Assembly: GCF_009914755.1 (NCBI RefSeq)
Contig: NC_060948.1
Direction: 5' to 3' (one strand)
Origin: the human T2T-CHM13v2.0 reference genome, Homo sapiens
Length of the DNA stretch: 64,000 bases
In this document: in pieces, positions 41,173-60,510 of the stretch
How the letters are laid out: each line of letters begins with the position of its first letter
How positions within the stretch are numbered: position 1 is the first letter of the stretch
The notes under the pieces: model-generated
Told to the model about the DNA's origin: nothing
The model's database searches: none
The model's input: only the letters and a program-made list of their open reading frames with translations
Position numbers and translations under genes: made by a program

Positions 41173-43272
41173 AGATCCATATTTTTTAAATGAAAAAAAA
41201 TTTCAAAGGTACTCTGCTTGGTACAATAATCAAATGTATAAACTGAGGAATAAAACATAACCATGAAACCTACTTATAACTGCATATGGAAAATACAGAG
41301 GATAATTTTTTAAATAACATATTTTGAAAGCCTTAACTAGTAATTTGAAGAGTTGGCATTTGAAAGGCCAGTATGAATATACCTTCAAAGCAGCAACACA
41401 GGTTCCCCATGAGAAAAAGCAAACACAGGGAAAATAAAAACACAAAGGTTCAATCTCTTCTGACCTTTGAAAGACACAGCACAGACAGTGGTCCTTAGGA
41501 CGAAGAGCAGGAGACCCCTAATTCCGTCACCATGGCGATAGGGCATAAACATTGCTGGGTGAGGGCACAATCCACATTGTGAGGTCCAACTGCTGCCAGG
41601 AAGACAGGAGTGCTTTTACATAGACCGAAAGGTCATTGAAGGCTCAGAGTTTTGTTTCAAGAACTGAATCCCAAGCCCACACGTTATTAGGCTGCGCTTC
41701 TTAAAACAAGTTATGAGATGGGAAAAAGGGCACCCACAAACATACGTATACATTATGTATATAATAATATACAGTATCACATATATAATATATATAACCT
41801 ATGTATAATATTGTTTTACATCCTGCATCTTATGTTATATATATTGTATAAAATATAATAATTGATAATATATAAGTTTTATAATTATACAATATGACAT
41901 AGAGTATATATTATAATTTATGACATATATAATATATGTTATATATCATATATAGAATATATTATACGGTTAATATACGTATTAAATATAAATTATACAT
42001 TATATATATTATATATAATATATCTGTTATATATAATACCCATTATGCATAATATATATATTATGTCTATGTTATATATAGTATAAAACAACATATAATA
42101 ATATATAATTGTATATATAAAATGCGACATATAATATATATTATATTTTATAACATATGTAATATATATTATGTATAATACGTTGTATGTATAATACCTA
42201 TATTAAATATATATTATATGACTATGTTATTAATTACATGTCACATGTGTTATATATTATATATTTTACATAGAATATACCGGTTACATACAATATATAC
42301 TATGTTACCTATAATGTATAATTTATTACATGTAAAATAAAGAATGCAATATATTATGTATAATTTATAATATACAATATGTGGAATGTGATATATGTAA
42401 CATATAATATATGATATATGATATACAGTATATGATATATAACATACAATATATGATTCCTAATATATATGGTATACAATATATATTTTATGATATGTAT
42501 TCTATATGTTTTATATTCTGTTATATATAACTATTTGAAATTATATATAACTGTATAATATTTTATGTAAATATGTAATATAATATATATAACTATATAA
42601 TATATTATATATAACTATATATTATGTTATATATACTTTTATAACATAATTTACATAAAATATCATAATATAATATATATTATAATATTTCATATTACAT
42701 AATATATATTACATATCACCCAATATAACTAACATACATAATATTATAATATAGATTATATTATGTTATATTAAATATCATATATATCATGTATCATATA
42801 TTCTATAATATATATTACACATTATATAATATGTATGTTGTCTATTATGTGATATATATAACTATATATATAATTATATTTTTATACATATAACTGGATA
42901 AACATGTAATTCTACATATTTTCATTTATAATATGTAGAATTATATAATCATATATAATTATTTATATTCTATAAAAAATTTTATCATTATATAAATTAT
43001 AATATATAAAAATTATAATATGTACTACAAATATATATATATTATATATCATATATGATATAGTACCTTTGTTATATATCATAATACATATAAATGTGTA
43101 TTATGTTATCTATAATTATATAATTTCATATATAAGATGTATAATATGTATCATATATTATATATGTTATGTAATATATATAGTATATATAAGATGACAC
43201 AGGATAAATATTATATACTATGACATATAAAATATATGAGGTTATATGTTACATATAAGGCATAGCACATAA

Positions 43273-43587
<315 letters not shown>

Positions 43588-45694
43588 AGATCCATATTTT
43601 TTAAATGAAAAAAAATTTCAAAGGTACTCTGCTTGGTACAATAATCAAATGTATAAACTGAGGAATAAAACATAACCATGAAACCTACTTATAACTGCAT
43701 ATGGAAAATACAGAGGATAATTTTTTAAATAACATATTTTGAAAGCCTTAACTAGTAATTTGAAGAGTTGGCATTTGAAAGGCCAGTATGAATATACCTT
43801 CAAAGCAGCAACACAGGTTCCCCATGAGAAAAAGCAAACACAGGGAAAATAAAAACACAAAGGTTCAATCTCTTCTGACCTTTGAAAGACACAGCACAGA
43901 CAGTGGTCCTTAGGACGAAGAGCAGGAGACCCCTAATTCCGTCACCATGGCGATAGGGCATAAACATTGCTGGGTGAGGGCACAATCCACATTGTGAGGT
44001 CCAACTGCTGCCAGGAAGACAGGAGTGCTTTTACATAGACCGAAAGGTCATTGAAGGCTCAGAGTTTTGTTTCAAGAACTGAATCCCAAGCCCACACGTT
44101 ATTAGGCTGCGCTTCTTAAAACAAGTTATGAGATGGGAAAAAGGGCACCCACAAACATACGTATACATTATGTATATAATAATATACAGTATCATATATA
44201 TAATATATATAACCTATGTATAATATTGTTTTACATCCTGCATCTTATGTTATATATATTGTATAAAATATAATAATTGATAATATATAAGTTTTATAAT
44301 TATACAATATGACATAGAGTATATATTATAATTTATGACATATATAATATATGTTATATATCATATATAGAATATATTATACGGTTAATATACGTATTAA
44401 ATATAAATTATACATTATATATATTATATATAATATATCTGTTATATATAATACCCATTATGCATAATATATATATTATGTCTATGTTATATATAGTATA
44501 AAACAACATATAATAATATATAATTGTATATATAAAATGTGACATATAATATATATTATATTTTATAACATATGTAATATATATTATATATTATATATAA
44601 TACGTTGTATGTATAATACCTATATTAAATATATATTATATGACTATGTTATTAATTACATGTCACATGTGTTATATATTATATATTTTACATAGAATAT
44701 ACCGGTTACATACAATATATACTATGTTACCTATAATGTATAATTTATTACATGTAAAATAAAGAATGCAATATATTATGTATAATTTATAATATACAAT
44801 ATGTGGAATGTGATATATGTAACATATAATATATGATATATGATATACAGTATATGATATATAACATACAATATATGATTCCTAATATATATGGTATACA
44901 ATATATATTTTATGATATGTATTCTATATGTTTTATGTTCTGTTATATATAACTATTTGAAATTATATATAACTGTATAATATTTTATGTAAATATGTAA
45001 TATAATATATATAACTATATAATATATTATATATAACTATATATTATGTTATATATACTTTTATAACATAATTTACATAAAATATCATAATATAATATAT
45101 ATTATAATATTTCATATTACATAATATATATTACATATCACCCAATATAACTAACATACATAATATTATAATATAGATTATATTATGTTATATTAAATAT
45201 CATATATATCATGTATCATATATTCTATAATATATATTACACATTATATAATATGTATGTTGTCTATTATGTGATATATATAACTATATATATAATTATA
45301 TTTTTATACATATAACTAGATAAACATGTAATTCTACATATTTTCATTTATAATATGTAGAATTATATAATCATATATAATTATTTATATTCTATAAAAA
45401 ATTTTATCATTATATAAATTATAATATATAAAAATTATAATATGTACTACAAATATATATATATTATATATCATATATGATATAGTACCTTTGTTATATA
45501 TCATAATACATATAAATGTGTATTATGTTATCTATAATTATATAATTTCATATATAAGATGTATAATATGTATCATATATTATATATGTTATGTAATATA
45601 TATAGTATATATAAGATGACACAGGATAAATATTATATACTATGACATATAAAATATATGAGGTTATATGTTACATATAAGGCATAGCACATAA

Positions 45695-46009
<315 letters not shown>

Positions 46010-48109
46010 AGATCCATATTTTTTAAATGAAAAAAAATTTCAAAGGTACTCTGCTTGGTACAATAATCAAATGTATAAACTGAGGAATAAAACATAACCA
46101 TGAAACCTACTTATAACTGCATATGGAAAATACAGAGGATAATTTTTTAAATAACATATTTTGAAAGCCTTAACTAGTAATTTGAAGAGTTGGCATTTGA
46201 AAGGCCAGTATGAATATACCTTCAAAGCAGCAACACAGGTTCCCCATGAGAAAAAGCAAACACAGGGAAAGTAAAAACACAAAGGTTCAATCTCTTCTGA
46301 CCTTTGAAAGACACAGCACAGACAGTGGTCCTTAGGACGAAGAGCAGGAGACCCCTAATTCCGTCACCATGGCGATAGGGCATAAACATTGCTGGGTGAG
46401 GGCACAATCCACATTGTGAGGTCCAACTGCTGCCAGGAAGACAGGAGTGCTTTTACATAGACCGAAAGGTCATTGAAGGCTCAGAGTTTTGTTTCAAGAA
46501 CTGAATCCCAAGCCCACACGTTATTAGGCTGCGCTTCTTAAAACAAGTTATGAGATGGGAAAAAGGGCACCCACAAACATACGTATACATTATGTATATA
46601 ATAATATACAGTATCATATATATAATATATATAACCTATGTATAATATTGTTTTACATCCTGCATCTTATGTTATATATATTGTATAAAATATAATAATT
46701 GATAATATATAAGTTTTATAATTATACAATATGACATAGAGTATATATTATAATTTATGACATATATAATATATGTTATATATCATATATAGAATATATT
46801 ATACGGTTAATATACGTATTAAATATAAATTATACATTATATATATTATATATAATATATCTGTTATATATAATACCCATTATGCATAATATATATATTA
46901 TGTCTATGTTATATATAGTATAAAACAACATATAATAATATATAATTGTATATATAAAATGCGACATATAATATATATTATATTTTATAACATATGTAAT
47001 ATATATTATATATAATACGTTGTATGTATAATACCTATATTAAATATATATTATATGACTATGTTATTAATTACATGTCACATGTGTTATATATTATATA
47101 TTTTACATAGAATATACCGGTTACATACAATATATACTATGTTACCTATAATGTATAATTTATTACATGTAAAATAAAGAATGCAATATATTATGTATAA
47201 TTTATAATATACAATATGTGGAATGTGATATATGTAACATATAATATATGATATATGATATACAGTATATGATATATAACATACAATATATGATTCCTAA
47301 TATATATGGTATACAATATATATTTTATGATATGTATTCTATATGTTTTATATTCTGTTATATATAACTATTTGAAATTATATATAACTGTATAATATTT
47401 TATGTAAATATGTAATATAATATATATAACTATATAATATATTATATATAACTATATATTATGTTATATATACTTTTATAACATAATTTACATAAAATAT
47501 CATAATATAATATATATTATAATATTTCATATTACATAATATATATTACATATCACCCAATATAACTAACATACATAATATTATAATATAGATTATATTA
47601 TGTTATATTAAATATCATATATATCATGTATCATATATTCTATAATATATATTACACATTATATAATATGTATGTTGTCTATTATGTGATATATGTAACT
47701 ATATATATAATTATATTTTTATACATATAACTGGATAAACATGTAATTCTACATATTTTCATTTATAATATGTAGAATTATATAATCATATATAATTATT
47801 TATATTCTATAAAAAATTTTATCATTATATAAATTATAATATATAAAAATTATAATATGTACTACAAATATATATATATTATATATCATATATGATATAG
47901 TACCTTTGTTATATATCATAATACATATAAATGTGTATTATGTTATCTATAATTATATAATTTCATATATAAGATGTATAATATGTATCATATATTATAT
48001 ATGTTATGTAATATATATAGTATATATAAGATGACACAGGATAAATATTATATACTATGACATATAAAATATATGAGGTTATATGTTACATATAAGGCAT
48101 AGCACATAA

Positions 48110-48424
<315 letters not shown>

Positions 48425-50524
48425 AGATCCATATTTTTTAAATGAAAAAAAATTTCAAAGGTACTCTGCTTGGTACAATAATCAAATGTATAAACTGAGG
48501 AATAAAACATAACCATGAAACCTACTTATAACTGCATATGGAAAATACAGAGGATAATTTTTTAAATAACATATTTTGAAAGCCTTAACTAGTAATTTGA
48601 AGAGTTGGCATTTGAAAGGCCAGTATGAATATACCTTCAAAGCAGCAACACAGGTTCCCCATGAGAAAAAGCAAACACAGGGAAAATAAAAACACAAAGG
48701 TTCAATCTCTTCTGACCTTTGAAAGACACAGCACAGACAGTGGTCCTTAGGACGAAGAGCAGGAGACCCCTAATTCCGTCACCATGGCGATAGGGCATAA
48801 ACATTGCTGGGTGAGGGCACAATCCACATTGTGAGGTCCAACTGCTGCCAGGAAGACAGGAGTGCTTTTACATAGACCGAAAGGTCATTGAAGGCTCAGA
48901 GTTTTGTTTCAAGAACTGAATCCCAAGCCCACACGTTATTAGGCTGCGCTTCTTAAAACAAGTTATGAGATGGGAAAAAGGGCACCCACAAACATACGTA
49001 TACATTATGTATATAATAATATACAGTATCATATATATAATATATATAACCTATGTATAATATTGTTTTACATCCTGCATCTTATGTTATATATATTGTA
49101 TAAAATATAATAATTGATAATATATAAGTTTTATAATTATACAATATGACATAGAGTATATATTATAATTTATGACATATATAATATATGTTATATATCA
49201 TATATAGAATATATTATACGGTTAATATACGTATTAAATATAAATTATACATTATATATATTATATATAATATATCTGTTATATATAATACCCATTATGC
49301 ATAATATATATATTATGTCTATGTTATATATAGTATAAAACAACATATAATAATATATAATTGTATATATAAAATGCGACATATAATATATATTATATTT
49401 TATAACATATGTAATATATATTATATATAATACGTTGTATGTATAATACCTATATTAAATATATATTATATGACTATGTTATTAATTACATGTCACATGT
49501 GTTATATATTATATATTTTACATAGAATATACCGGTTACATACAATATATACTATGTTACCTATAATGTATAATTTATTACATGTAAAATAAAGAATGCA
49601 ATATATTATGTATAATTTATAATATACAATATGTGGAATGTGATATATGTAACATATAATATATGATATATGATATACAGTATATGATATATAACATACA
49701 ATATATGATTCCTAATATATATGGTATACAATATATATTTTATGATATGTATTCTATATGTTTTATATTCTGTTATATATAACTATTTGAAATTATATAT
49801 AACTGTATAATATTTTATGTAAATATGTAATATAATATATATAACTATATAATATATTATATATAACTATATATTATGTTATATATACTTTTATAACATA
49901 ATTTACATAAAATATCATAATATAATATATATTATAATATTTCATATTACATAATATATATTACATATCACCCAATATAACTAACATACATAATATTATA
50001 ATATAGATTATATTATGTTATATTAAATATCATATATATCATGTATCATATATTCTATAATATATATTACACATTATATAATATGTATGTTGTCTATTAT
50101 GTGATATATGTAACTATATATATAATTATATTTTTATACATATAACTGGATAAACATGTAATTCTACATATTTTCATTTATAATATGTAGAATTATATAA
50201 TCATATATAATTATTTATATTCTATAAAAAATTTTATCATTATATAAATTATAATATATAAAAATTATAATATGTACTACAAATATATATATATTATATA
50301 TCATATATGATATAGTACCTTTGTTATATATCATAATACATATAAATGTGTATTATGTTATCTATAATTATATAATTTCATATATAAGATGTATAATATG
50401 TATCATATATTATATATGTTATGTAATATATATAGTATATATAAGATGACACAGGATAAATATTATATACTATGACATATAAAATATATGAGGTTATATG
50501 TTACATATAAGGCATAGCACATAA

Positions 50525-50839
<315 letters not shown>

Positions 50840-52944
50840 AGATCCATATTTTTTAAATGAAAAAAAATTTCAAAGGTACTCTGCTTGGTACAATAATCAA
50901 ATGTATAAACTGAGGAATAAAACATAACCATGAAACCTACTTATAACTGCATATGGAAAATACAGAGGATAATTTTTTAAATAACATATTTTGAAAGCCT
51001 TAACTAGTAATTTGAAGAGTTGGCATTTGAAAGGCCAGTATGAATATACCTTCAAAGCAGCAACACAGGTTCCCCATGAGAAAAAGCAAACACAGGGAAA
51101 ATAAAAACACAAAGGTTCAATCTCTTCTGACCTTTGAAAGACACAGCACAGACAGTGGTCCTTAGGACGAAGAGCAGGAGACCCCTAATTCCGTCACCAT
51201 GGCGATAGGGCATAAACATTGCTGGGTGAGGGCACAATCCACATTGTGAGGTCCAACTGCTGCCAGGAAGACAGGAGTGCTTTTACATAGACCGAAAGGT
51301 CATTGAAGGCTCAGAGTTTTGTTTCAAGAACTGAATCCCAAGCCCACACGTTATTAGGCTGCGCTTCTTAAAACAAGTTATGAGATGGGAAAAAGGGCAC
51401 CCACAAACATACGTATACATTATGTATATAATAATATACAGTATCATATATATAATATATATAACCTATGTATAATATTGTTTTACATCCTGCATCCTAT
51501 GTTATATATATTGTATAAAATATAATAATTGATAATATATAAGCTGTATAATTATACAATATGACATATAGTATATATTATAATTTATGACATATATAAT
51601 ATATGTTATATATCATATATAGAATATATTATATGGTTAATATACGTATTAAATATAAATTATACATTATATATATTATATATAATATATCTGTTATATA
51701 TAATACCCATTATGCATAATATATATATTATGTCTATGTTATTTATAGTATAAAACAACATATAATAATATATAATTGTATATATAAAATGCGACATATA
51801 ATATATATTATATTTTATAACATATGTAATATATATTATATATTATATATAATACGTTGTATGTATAATACCTATATTAAATATATATTATATGACTATG
51901 TTATTAATTACATGTCACATGTGTTATATATTATATATTTTACATAGAATATACCGGTTACATACAATATATACTATGTTACCTATAATGTATAATTTAT
52001 TACATGTAAAATAAAGAATGCAATATATTATGTATAATTTATAATATACAATATGTGGAATGTGATATATGTAACATATAATATATGATATATGATATAC
52101 AGTATATGATATATAACATACAATATATGATTCCTAATATATATGGTATACAATATATATTTTATGATATGTATTCTATATGTTTTATATTCTGTTATAT
52201 ATAACTATTTGAAATTATATATAACTGTATAATATTTTATGTAAATATGTAATATAATATATATAACTATATAATATATTATATATAACTATATATTATG
52301 TTATATATACTTTTATAACATAATTTACATAAAATATCATAATATAATATATATTAAATTATTTCATATTACATAATATATATTACATATCACCCAATAT
52401 AACTAACATACATAATATTATAATATAGATTATATTATGTTATATTAAATATCATATATATCATGTATCATATATTCTATAATATATATTACACATTATA
52501 TAATATGTATGTTGTCTATTATGTGATATATATAACTATATATATAATTATATTTTTATACATATAACTGGATAAACATGTAATTCTACATATTTTCATT
52601 TATAATATGTAGAATTATATAATCATATATAATTATTTATATTCTATAAAAAATTTTATCATTATATAAATTATAATATATAAAAATTATAATATGTACT
52701 ACAAATATATATATTATATATCATATATGATATAGTACCTTTGTTATATATCATAATACATATAAATGTGTATTATGTTATCTATAATTATATAATTTCA
52801 TATATAAGATGTATAATATGTATCATATATTATAGATGTTATGTAATATATATAGTATATATAAGATGACACAGGATAAATATTATATACTATGACATAT
52901 AAAATATATGAGGTTATATGTTACATATAAGGCATAGCACATAA

Positions 52945-53259
<315 letters not shown>

Positions 53260-55359
53260 AGATCCATATTTTTTAAATGAAAAAAAATTTCAAAGGTACT
53301 CTGCTTGGTACAATAATCAAATGTATAAACTGAGGAATAAAACATAACCATGAAACCTACTTATAACTGCATATGGAAAATACAGAGGATAATTTTTTAA
53401 ATAACATATTTTGAAAGCCTTAACTAGTAATTTGAAGAGTTGGCATTTGAAAGGCCAGTATGAATATACCTTCAAAGCAGCAACACAGGTTCCCCATGAG
53501 AAAAAGCAAACACAGGGAAAATAAAAACACAAAGGTTCAATCTCTTCTGACCTTTGAAAGACACAGCACAGACAGTGGTCCTTAGGACGAAGAGCAGGAG
53601 ACCCCTAATTCCGTCACCATGGCGATAGGGCATAAACATTGCTGGGTGAGGGCACAATCCACATTGTGAGGTCCAACTGCTGCCAGGAAGACAGGAGTGC
53701 TTTTACATAGACCGAAAGGTCATTGAAGGCTCAGAGTTTTGTTTCAAGAACTGAATCCCAAGCCCACACGTTATTAGGCTGCGCTTCTTAAAACAAGTTA
53801 TGAGATGGGAAAAAGGGCACCCACAAACATACGTATACATTATGTATATAATAATATACAGTATCATATATATAATATATATAACCTATGTATAATATTG
53901 TTTTACATCCTGCATCTTATGTTATATATATTGTATAAAATATAATAATTGATAATATATAAGTTTTATAATTATACAATATGACATAGAGTATATATTA
54001 TAATTTATGACATATATAATATATGTTATATATCATATATAGAATATATTATACGGTTAATATACGTATTAAATATAAATTATACATTATATATATTATA
54101 TATAATATATCTGTTATATATAATACCCATTATGCATAATATATATATTATGTCTATGTTATATATAGTATAAAACAACATATAATAATATATAATTGTA
54201 TATATAAAATGCGACATATAATATATATTATATTTTATAACATATGTAATATATATTATGTATAATACGTTGTATGTATAATACCTATATTAAATATATA
54301 TTATATGACTATGTTATTAATTACATGTCACATGTGTTATATATTATATATTTTACATAGAATATACCGGTTACATACAATATATACTATGTTACCTATA
54401 ATGTATAATTTATTACATGTAAAATAAAGAATGCAATATATTATGTATAATTTATAATATACAATATGTGGAATGTGATATATGTAACATATAATATATG
54501 ATATATGATATACAGTATATGATATATAACATACAATATATGATTCCTAATATATATGGTATACAATATATATTTTATGATATGTATTCTATATGTTTTA
54601 TATTCTGTTATATATAACTATTTGAAATTATATATAACTGTATAATATTTTATGTAAATATGTAATATAATATATATAACTATATAATATATTATATATA
54701 ACTATATATTATGTTATATATACTTTTATAACATAATTTACATAAAATATCATAATATAATATATATTATAATATTTCATATTACATAATATATATTACA
54801 TATCACCCAATATAACTAACATACATAATATTATAATATAGATTATATTATGTTATATTAAATATCATATATATCATGTATCATATATTCTATAATATAT
54901 ATTACACATTATATAATATGTATGTTGTCTATTATGTGATATATATAACTATATATATAATTATATTTTTATACATATAACTGGATAAACATGTAATTCT
55001 ACATATTTTCATTTATAATATGTAGAATTATATAATCATATATAATTATTTATATTCTATAAAAAATTTTATCATTATATAAATTATAATATATAAAAAT
55101 TATAATATGTACTACAAATATATATATATTATATATCATATATGATATAGTACCTTTGTTATATATCATAATACATATAAATGTGTATTATGTTATCTAT
55201 AATTATATAATTTCATATATAAGATGTATAATATGTATCATATATTATATATGTTATGTAATATATATAGTATATATAAGATGACACAGGATAAATATTA
55301 TATACTATGACATATAAAATATATGAGGTTATATGTTACATATAAGGCATAGCACATAA

Positions 55360-55674
<315 letters not shown>

Positions 55675-57797
55675 AGATCCATATTTTTTAAATGAAAAAA
55701 AATTTCAAAGGTACTCTGCTTGGTACAATAATCAAATGTATAAACTGAGGAATAAAACATAACCATGAAACCTACTTATAACTGCATATGGAAAATACAG
55801 AGGATAATTTTTTAAATAACATATTTTGAAAGCCTTAACTAGTAATTTGAAGAGTTGGCATTTGAAAGGCCAGTATGAATATACCTTCAAAGCAGCAACA
55901 CAGGTTCCCCATGAGAAAAAGCAAACACAGGGAAAATAAAAACACAAAGGTTCAATCTCTTCTGACCTTTGAAAGACACAGCACAGACAGTGGTCCTTAG
56001 GACGAAGAGCAGGAGACCCCTAATTCCGTCACCATGGCGATAGGGCATAAACATTGCTGGGTGAGGGCACAATCCACATTGTGAGGTCCAACTGCTGCCA
56101 GGAAGACAGGAGTGCTTTTACATAGACCGAAAGGTCATTGAAGGCTCAGAGTTTTGTTTCAAGAACTGAATCCCAAGCCCACACGTTATTAGGCTGCGCT
56201 TCTTAAAACAAGTTATGAGATGGGAAAAAGGGCACCCACAAACATACGTATACATTATGTATATAATAATATACAGTATCATATATATAATATATATAAC
56301 CTATGTATAATATTGTTTTACATCCTGCATCTTATGTTATATATATTGTATAAAATATAATAATTGATAATATATAAGTTTTATAATTATACAATATGAC
56401 ATAGAGTATATATTATAATTTATGACATATATAATATATGTTATATATCATATATAGAATATATTATACGGTTAATATACGTATTAAATATAAATTATAC
56501 ATTATATATATTATATATAATATATCTGTTATATATAATACCCATTATGCATAATATATATATTATGTCTATGTTATATATAGTATAAAACAACATATAA
56601 TAATATATAATTGTATATATAAAATGCGACATATAATATATATTATATTTTATAACATATGTAATATATATTATGTATAATACGTTGTATGTATAATACC
56701 TATATTAAATATATATTATATGACTATGTTATTAATTACATGTCACATGTGTTATATATTATATATTTTACATAGAATATACCGGTTACATACAATATAT
56801 ACTATGTTACCTATAATGTATAATTTATTACATGTAAAATAAAGAATGCAATATATTATGTATAATTTATAATATACAATATGTGGAATGTGATATATGT
56901 AACATATAATATATGATATATGATATACAGTATATGATATATAACATACAATATATGATTCCTAATATATATGGTATACAATATATATTTTATGATATGT
57001 ATTCTATATGTTTTATATTCTGTTATATATAACTATTTGAAATTATATATAACTGTATAATATTTTATGTAAATATGTAATATAATATATATAACTATAT
57101 AATATATTATATATAACTATATATTATGTTATATATACTTTTATAACATAATTTACATAAAATATCATAATATAATATATATTATAATATTTCATATTAC
57201 ATAATATATATTACATATCACCCAATATAACTAACATACATAATATTATAATATAGATTATATTATGTTATATTAAATATCATATATATCATGTATCATA
57301 TATTCTATAATATATATTACACATTATATAATATGTATGTTGTCTATTATGTGATATATATAACTATATATATAATTATATTTTTATACATATAACTGGA
57401 TAAACATGTAATTCTACATATTTTCATTTATAATATGTAGAATTATATAATCATATATAATTATTTATATTCTATAAAAAATTTTATCATTATATAAATT
57501 ATAATATATAAAAATTATAATATGTACTACAAATATATATATATTATATATCATATATGATATAGTACCTTTGTTATATATCATAATACATATAAATGTG
57601 TATTATGTTATCTATAATTATATAATTTCATATATAAGATGTATAATATGTATCATATATTATATATGTTATGTAATATATATAGTATATATAAGATGAC
57701 ACAGGATAAATATTATATACTATGACATATAAAATATATGAGGTTATATGTTACATATAAGGCATAGCACATAACATGTAATATATATCATATATAA

Positions 57798-58088
57798 TTT
57801 TTTTTAGACAGAATCTTGTCCTGTTGCACAGGGTGGGGTACAATGGCGCCATCTTTGCTCACTGCAACTTCTGCCTCACGGGTCCAAGCGATTGTCCTCC
57901 CTCAGCCTCCCAGGTAGCTGGGACTACACCACACTGGGACTACACCAGCTGCCACCATGCCTAGCTAATTTTTTGGATTTTTAGTAGTGACAGCGTTTCA
58001 CTGTATTGGCCAGGATGGTCTTGATCTCTTCACCTTGTGATTCCCTTGCCTTGGCCTCCAAATTTGCTGGGATTACAGGCCTGAGCCA
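57798..58088 (-). mobile_element. Diverged Alu copy in DYZ2 unit (A8 tail, gtgatTccc variant)
   Basis: Near-identical to 2197-2488; the T tract is 8 rather than 9. Confidence 0.93.
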
Positions 58089-60195
58089 AGATCCATATTT
58101 TTTAAATGAAAAAAAATTTCAAAGGTACTCTGCTTGGTACAATAATCAAATGTATAAACTGAGGAATAAAACATAACCATGAAACCTACTTATAACTGCA
58201 TATGGAAAATACAGAGGATAATTTTTTAAATAACATATTTTGAAAGCCTTAACTAGTAATTTGAAGAGTTGGCATTTGAAAGGCCAGTATGAATATACCT
58301 TCAAAGCAGCAACACAGGTTCCCCATGAGAAAAAGCAAACACAGGGAAAATAAAAACACAAAGGTTCAATCTCTTCTGACCTTTGAAAGACACAGCACAG
58401 ACAGTGGTCCTTAGGACGAAGAGCAGGAGACCCCTAATTCCGTCACCATGGCGATAGGGCATAAACATTGCTGGGTGAGGGCACAATCCACATTGTGAGG
58501 TCCAACTGCTGCCAGGAAGACAGGAGTGCTTTTACATAGACCGAAAGGTCATTGAAGGCTCAGAGTTTTGTTTCAAGAACTGAATCCCAAGCCCACACGT
58601 TATTAGGCTGCGCTTCTTTAAACAAGTTATGAGATGGGAAAAAGGGCACCCACAAACATACGTATACATTATGTATATAATAATATACAGTATCATATAT
58701 ATAATATATATAACCTATGTATAATATTGTTTTACATCCTGCATCCTATGTTATATATATTGTATAAAATATAATAATTGATAATATATAAGTTTTATAA
58801 TTATACAATATGACATAGAGTATATATTATAATTTATGACATATATAATATATGTTATATATCATATATAGAATATATTATACGGTTAATATACGTATTA
58901 AATATAAATTATACATTATATATATTATATATAATATATCTGTTATATATAATACCCATTATGCATAATATATATATTATGTCTATGTTATATATAGTAT
59001 AAAACAACATATAATAATATATAATTGTATATATAAAATGTGACATATAATATATATTATATTTTATAACATATGTAATATATATTATATATTATATATA
59101 ATACGTTGTATGTATAATACCTATATTAAATATATATTATATGACTATGTTATTAATTACATGTCACATGTGTTATATATTATATATTTTACATAGAATA
59201 TACCGGTTACATACAATATATACTATGTTACCTATAATGTATAATTTATTACATGTAAAATAAAGAATGCAATATATTATGTATAATTTATAATATACAA
59301 TATGTGGAATGTGATATATGTAACATATAATATATGATATATGATATACAGTATATGATATATAACATACAATATATGATTCCTAATATATATGGTATAC
59401 AATATATATTTTATGATATGTATTCTATATGTTTTATGTTCTGTTATATATAACTATTTGAAATTATATATAACTGTATAATATTTTATGTAAATATGTA
59501 ATATAATATATATAACTATATAATATATTATATATAACTATATATTATGTTATATATACTTTTATAACATAATTTACATAAAATATCATAATATAATATA
59601 TATTATAATATTTCATATTACATAATATATATTACATATCACCCAATATAACTAACATACATAATATTATAATATAGATTATATTATGTTATATTAAATA
59701 TCATATATATCATGTATCATATATTCTATAATATATATTACACATTATATAATATGTATGTTGTCTATTATGTGATATATATAACTATATATATAATTAT
59801 ATTTTTATACATATAACTAGATAAACATGTAATTCTACATATTTTCATTTATAATATGTAGAATTATATAATCATATATAATTATTTATATTCTATAAAA
59901 AATTTTATCATTATATAAATTATAATATATAAAAATTATAATATGTACTACAAATATATATATATTATATATCATATATGATATAGTACCTTTGTTATAT
60001 ATCATAATACATATAAATGTGTATTATGTTATCTATAATTATATAATTTCATATATAAGATGTATAATATGTATCATATATTATATATGTTATGTAATAT
60101 ATATAGTATATATAAGATGACACAGGATAAATATTATATACTATGACATATAAAATATATGAGGTTATTTGTTATATATAAGGCATAGCACATAA

Positions 60196-60510
<315 letters not shown>
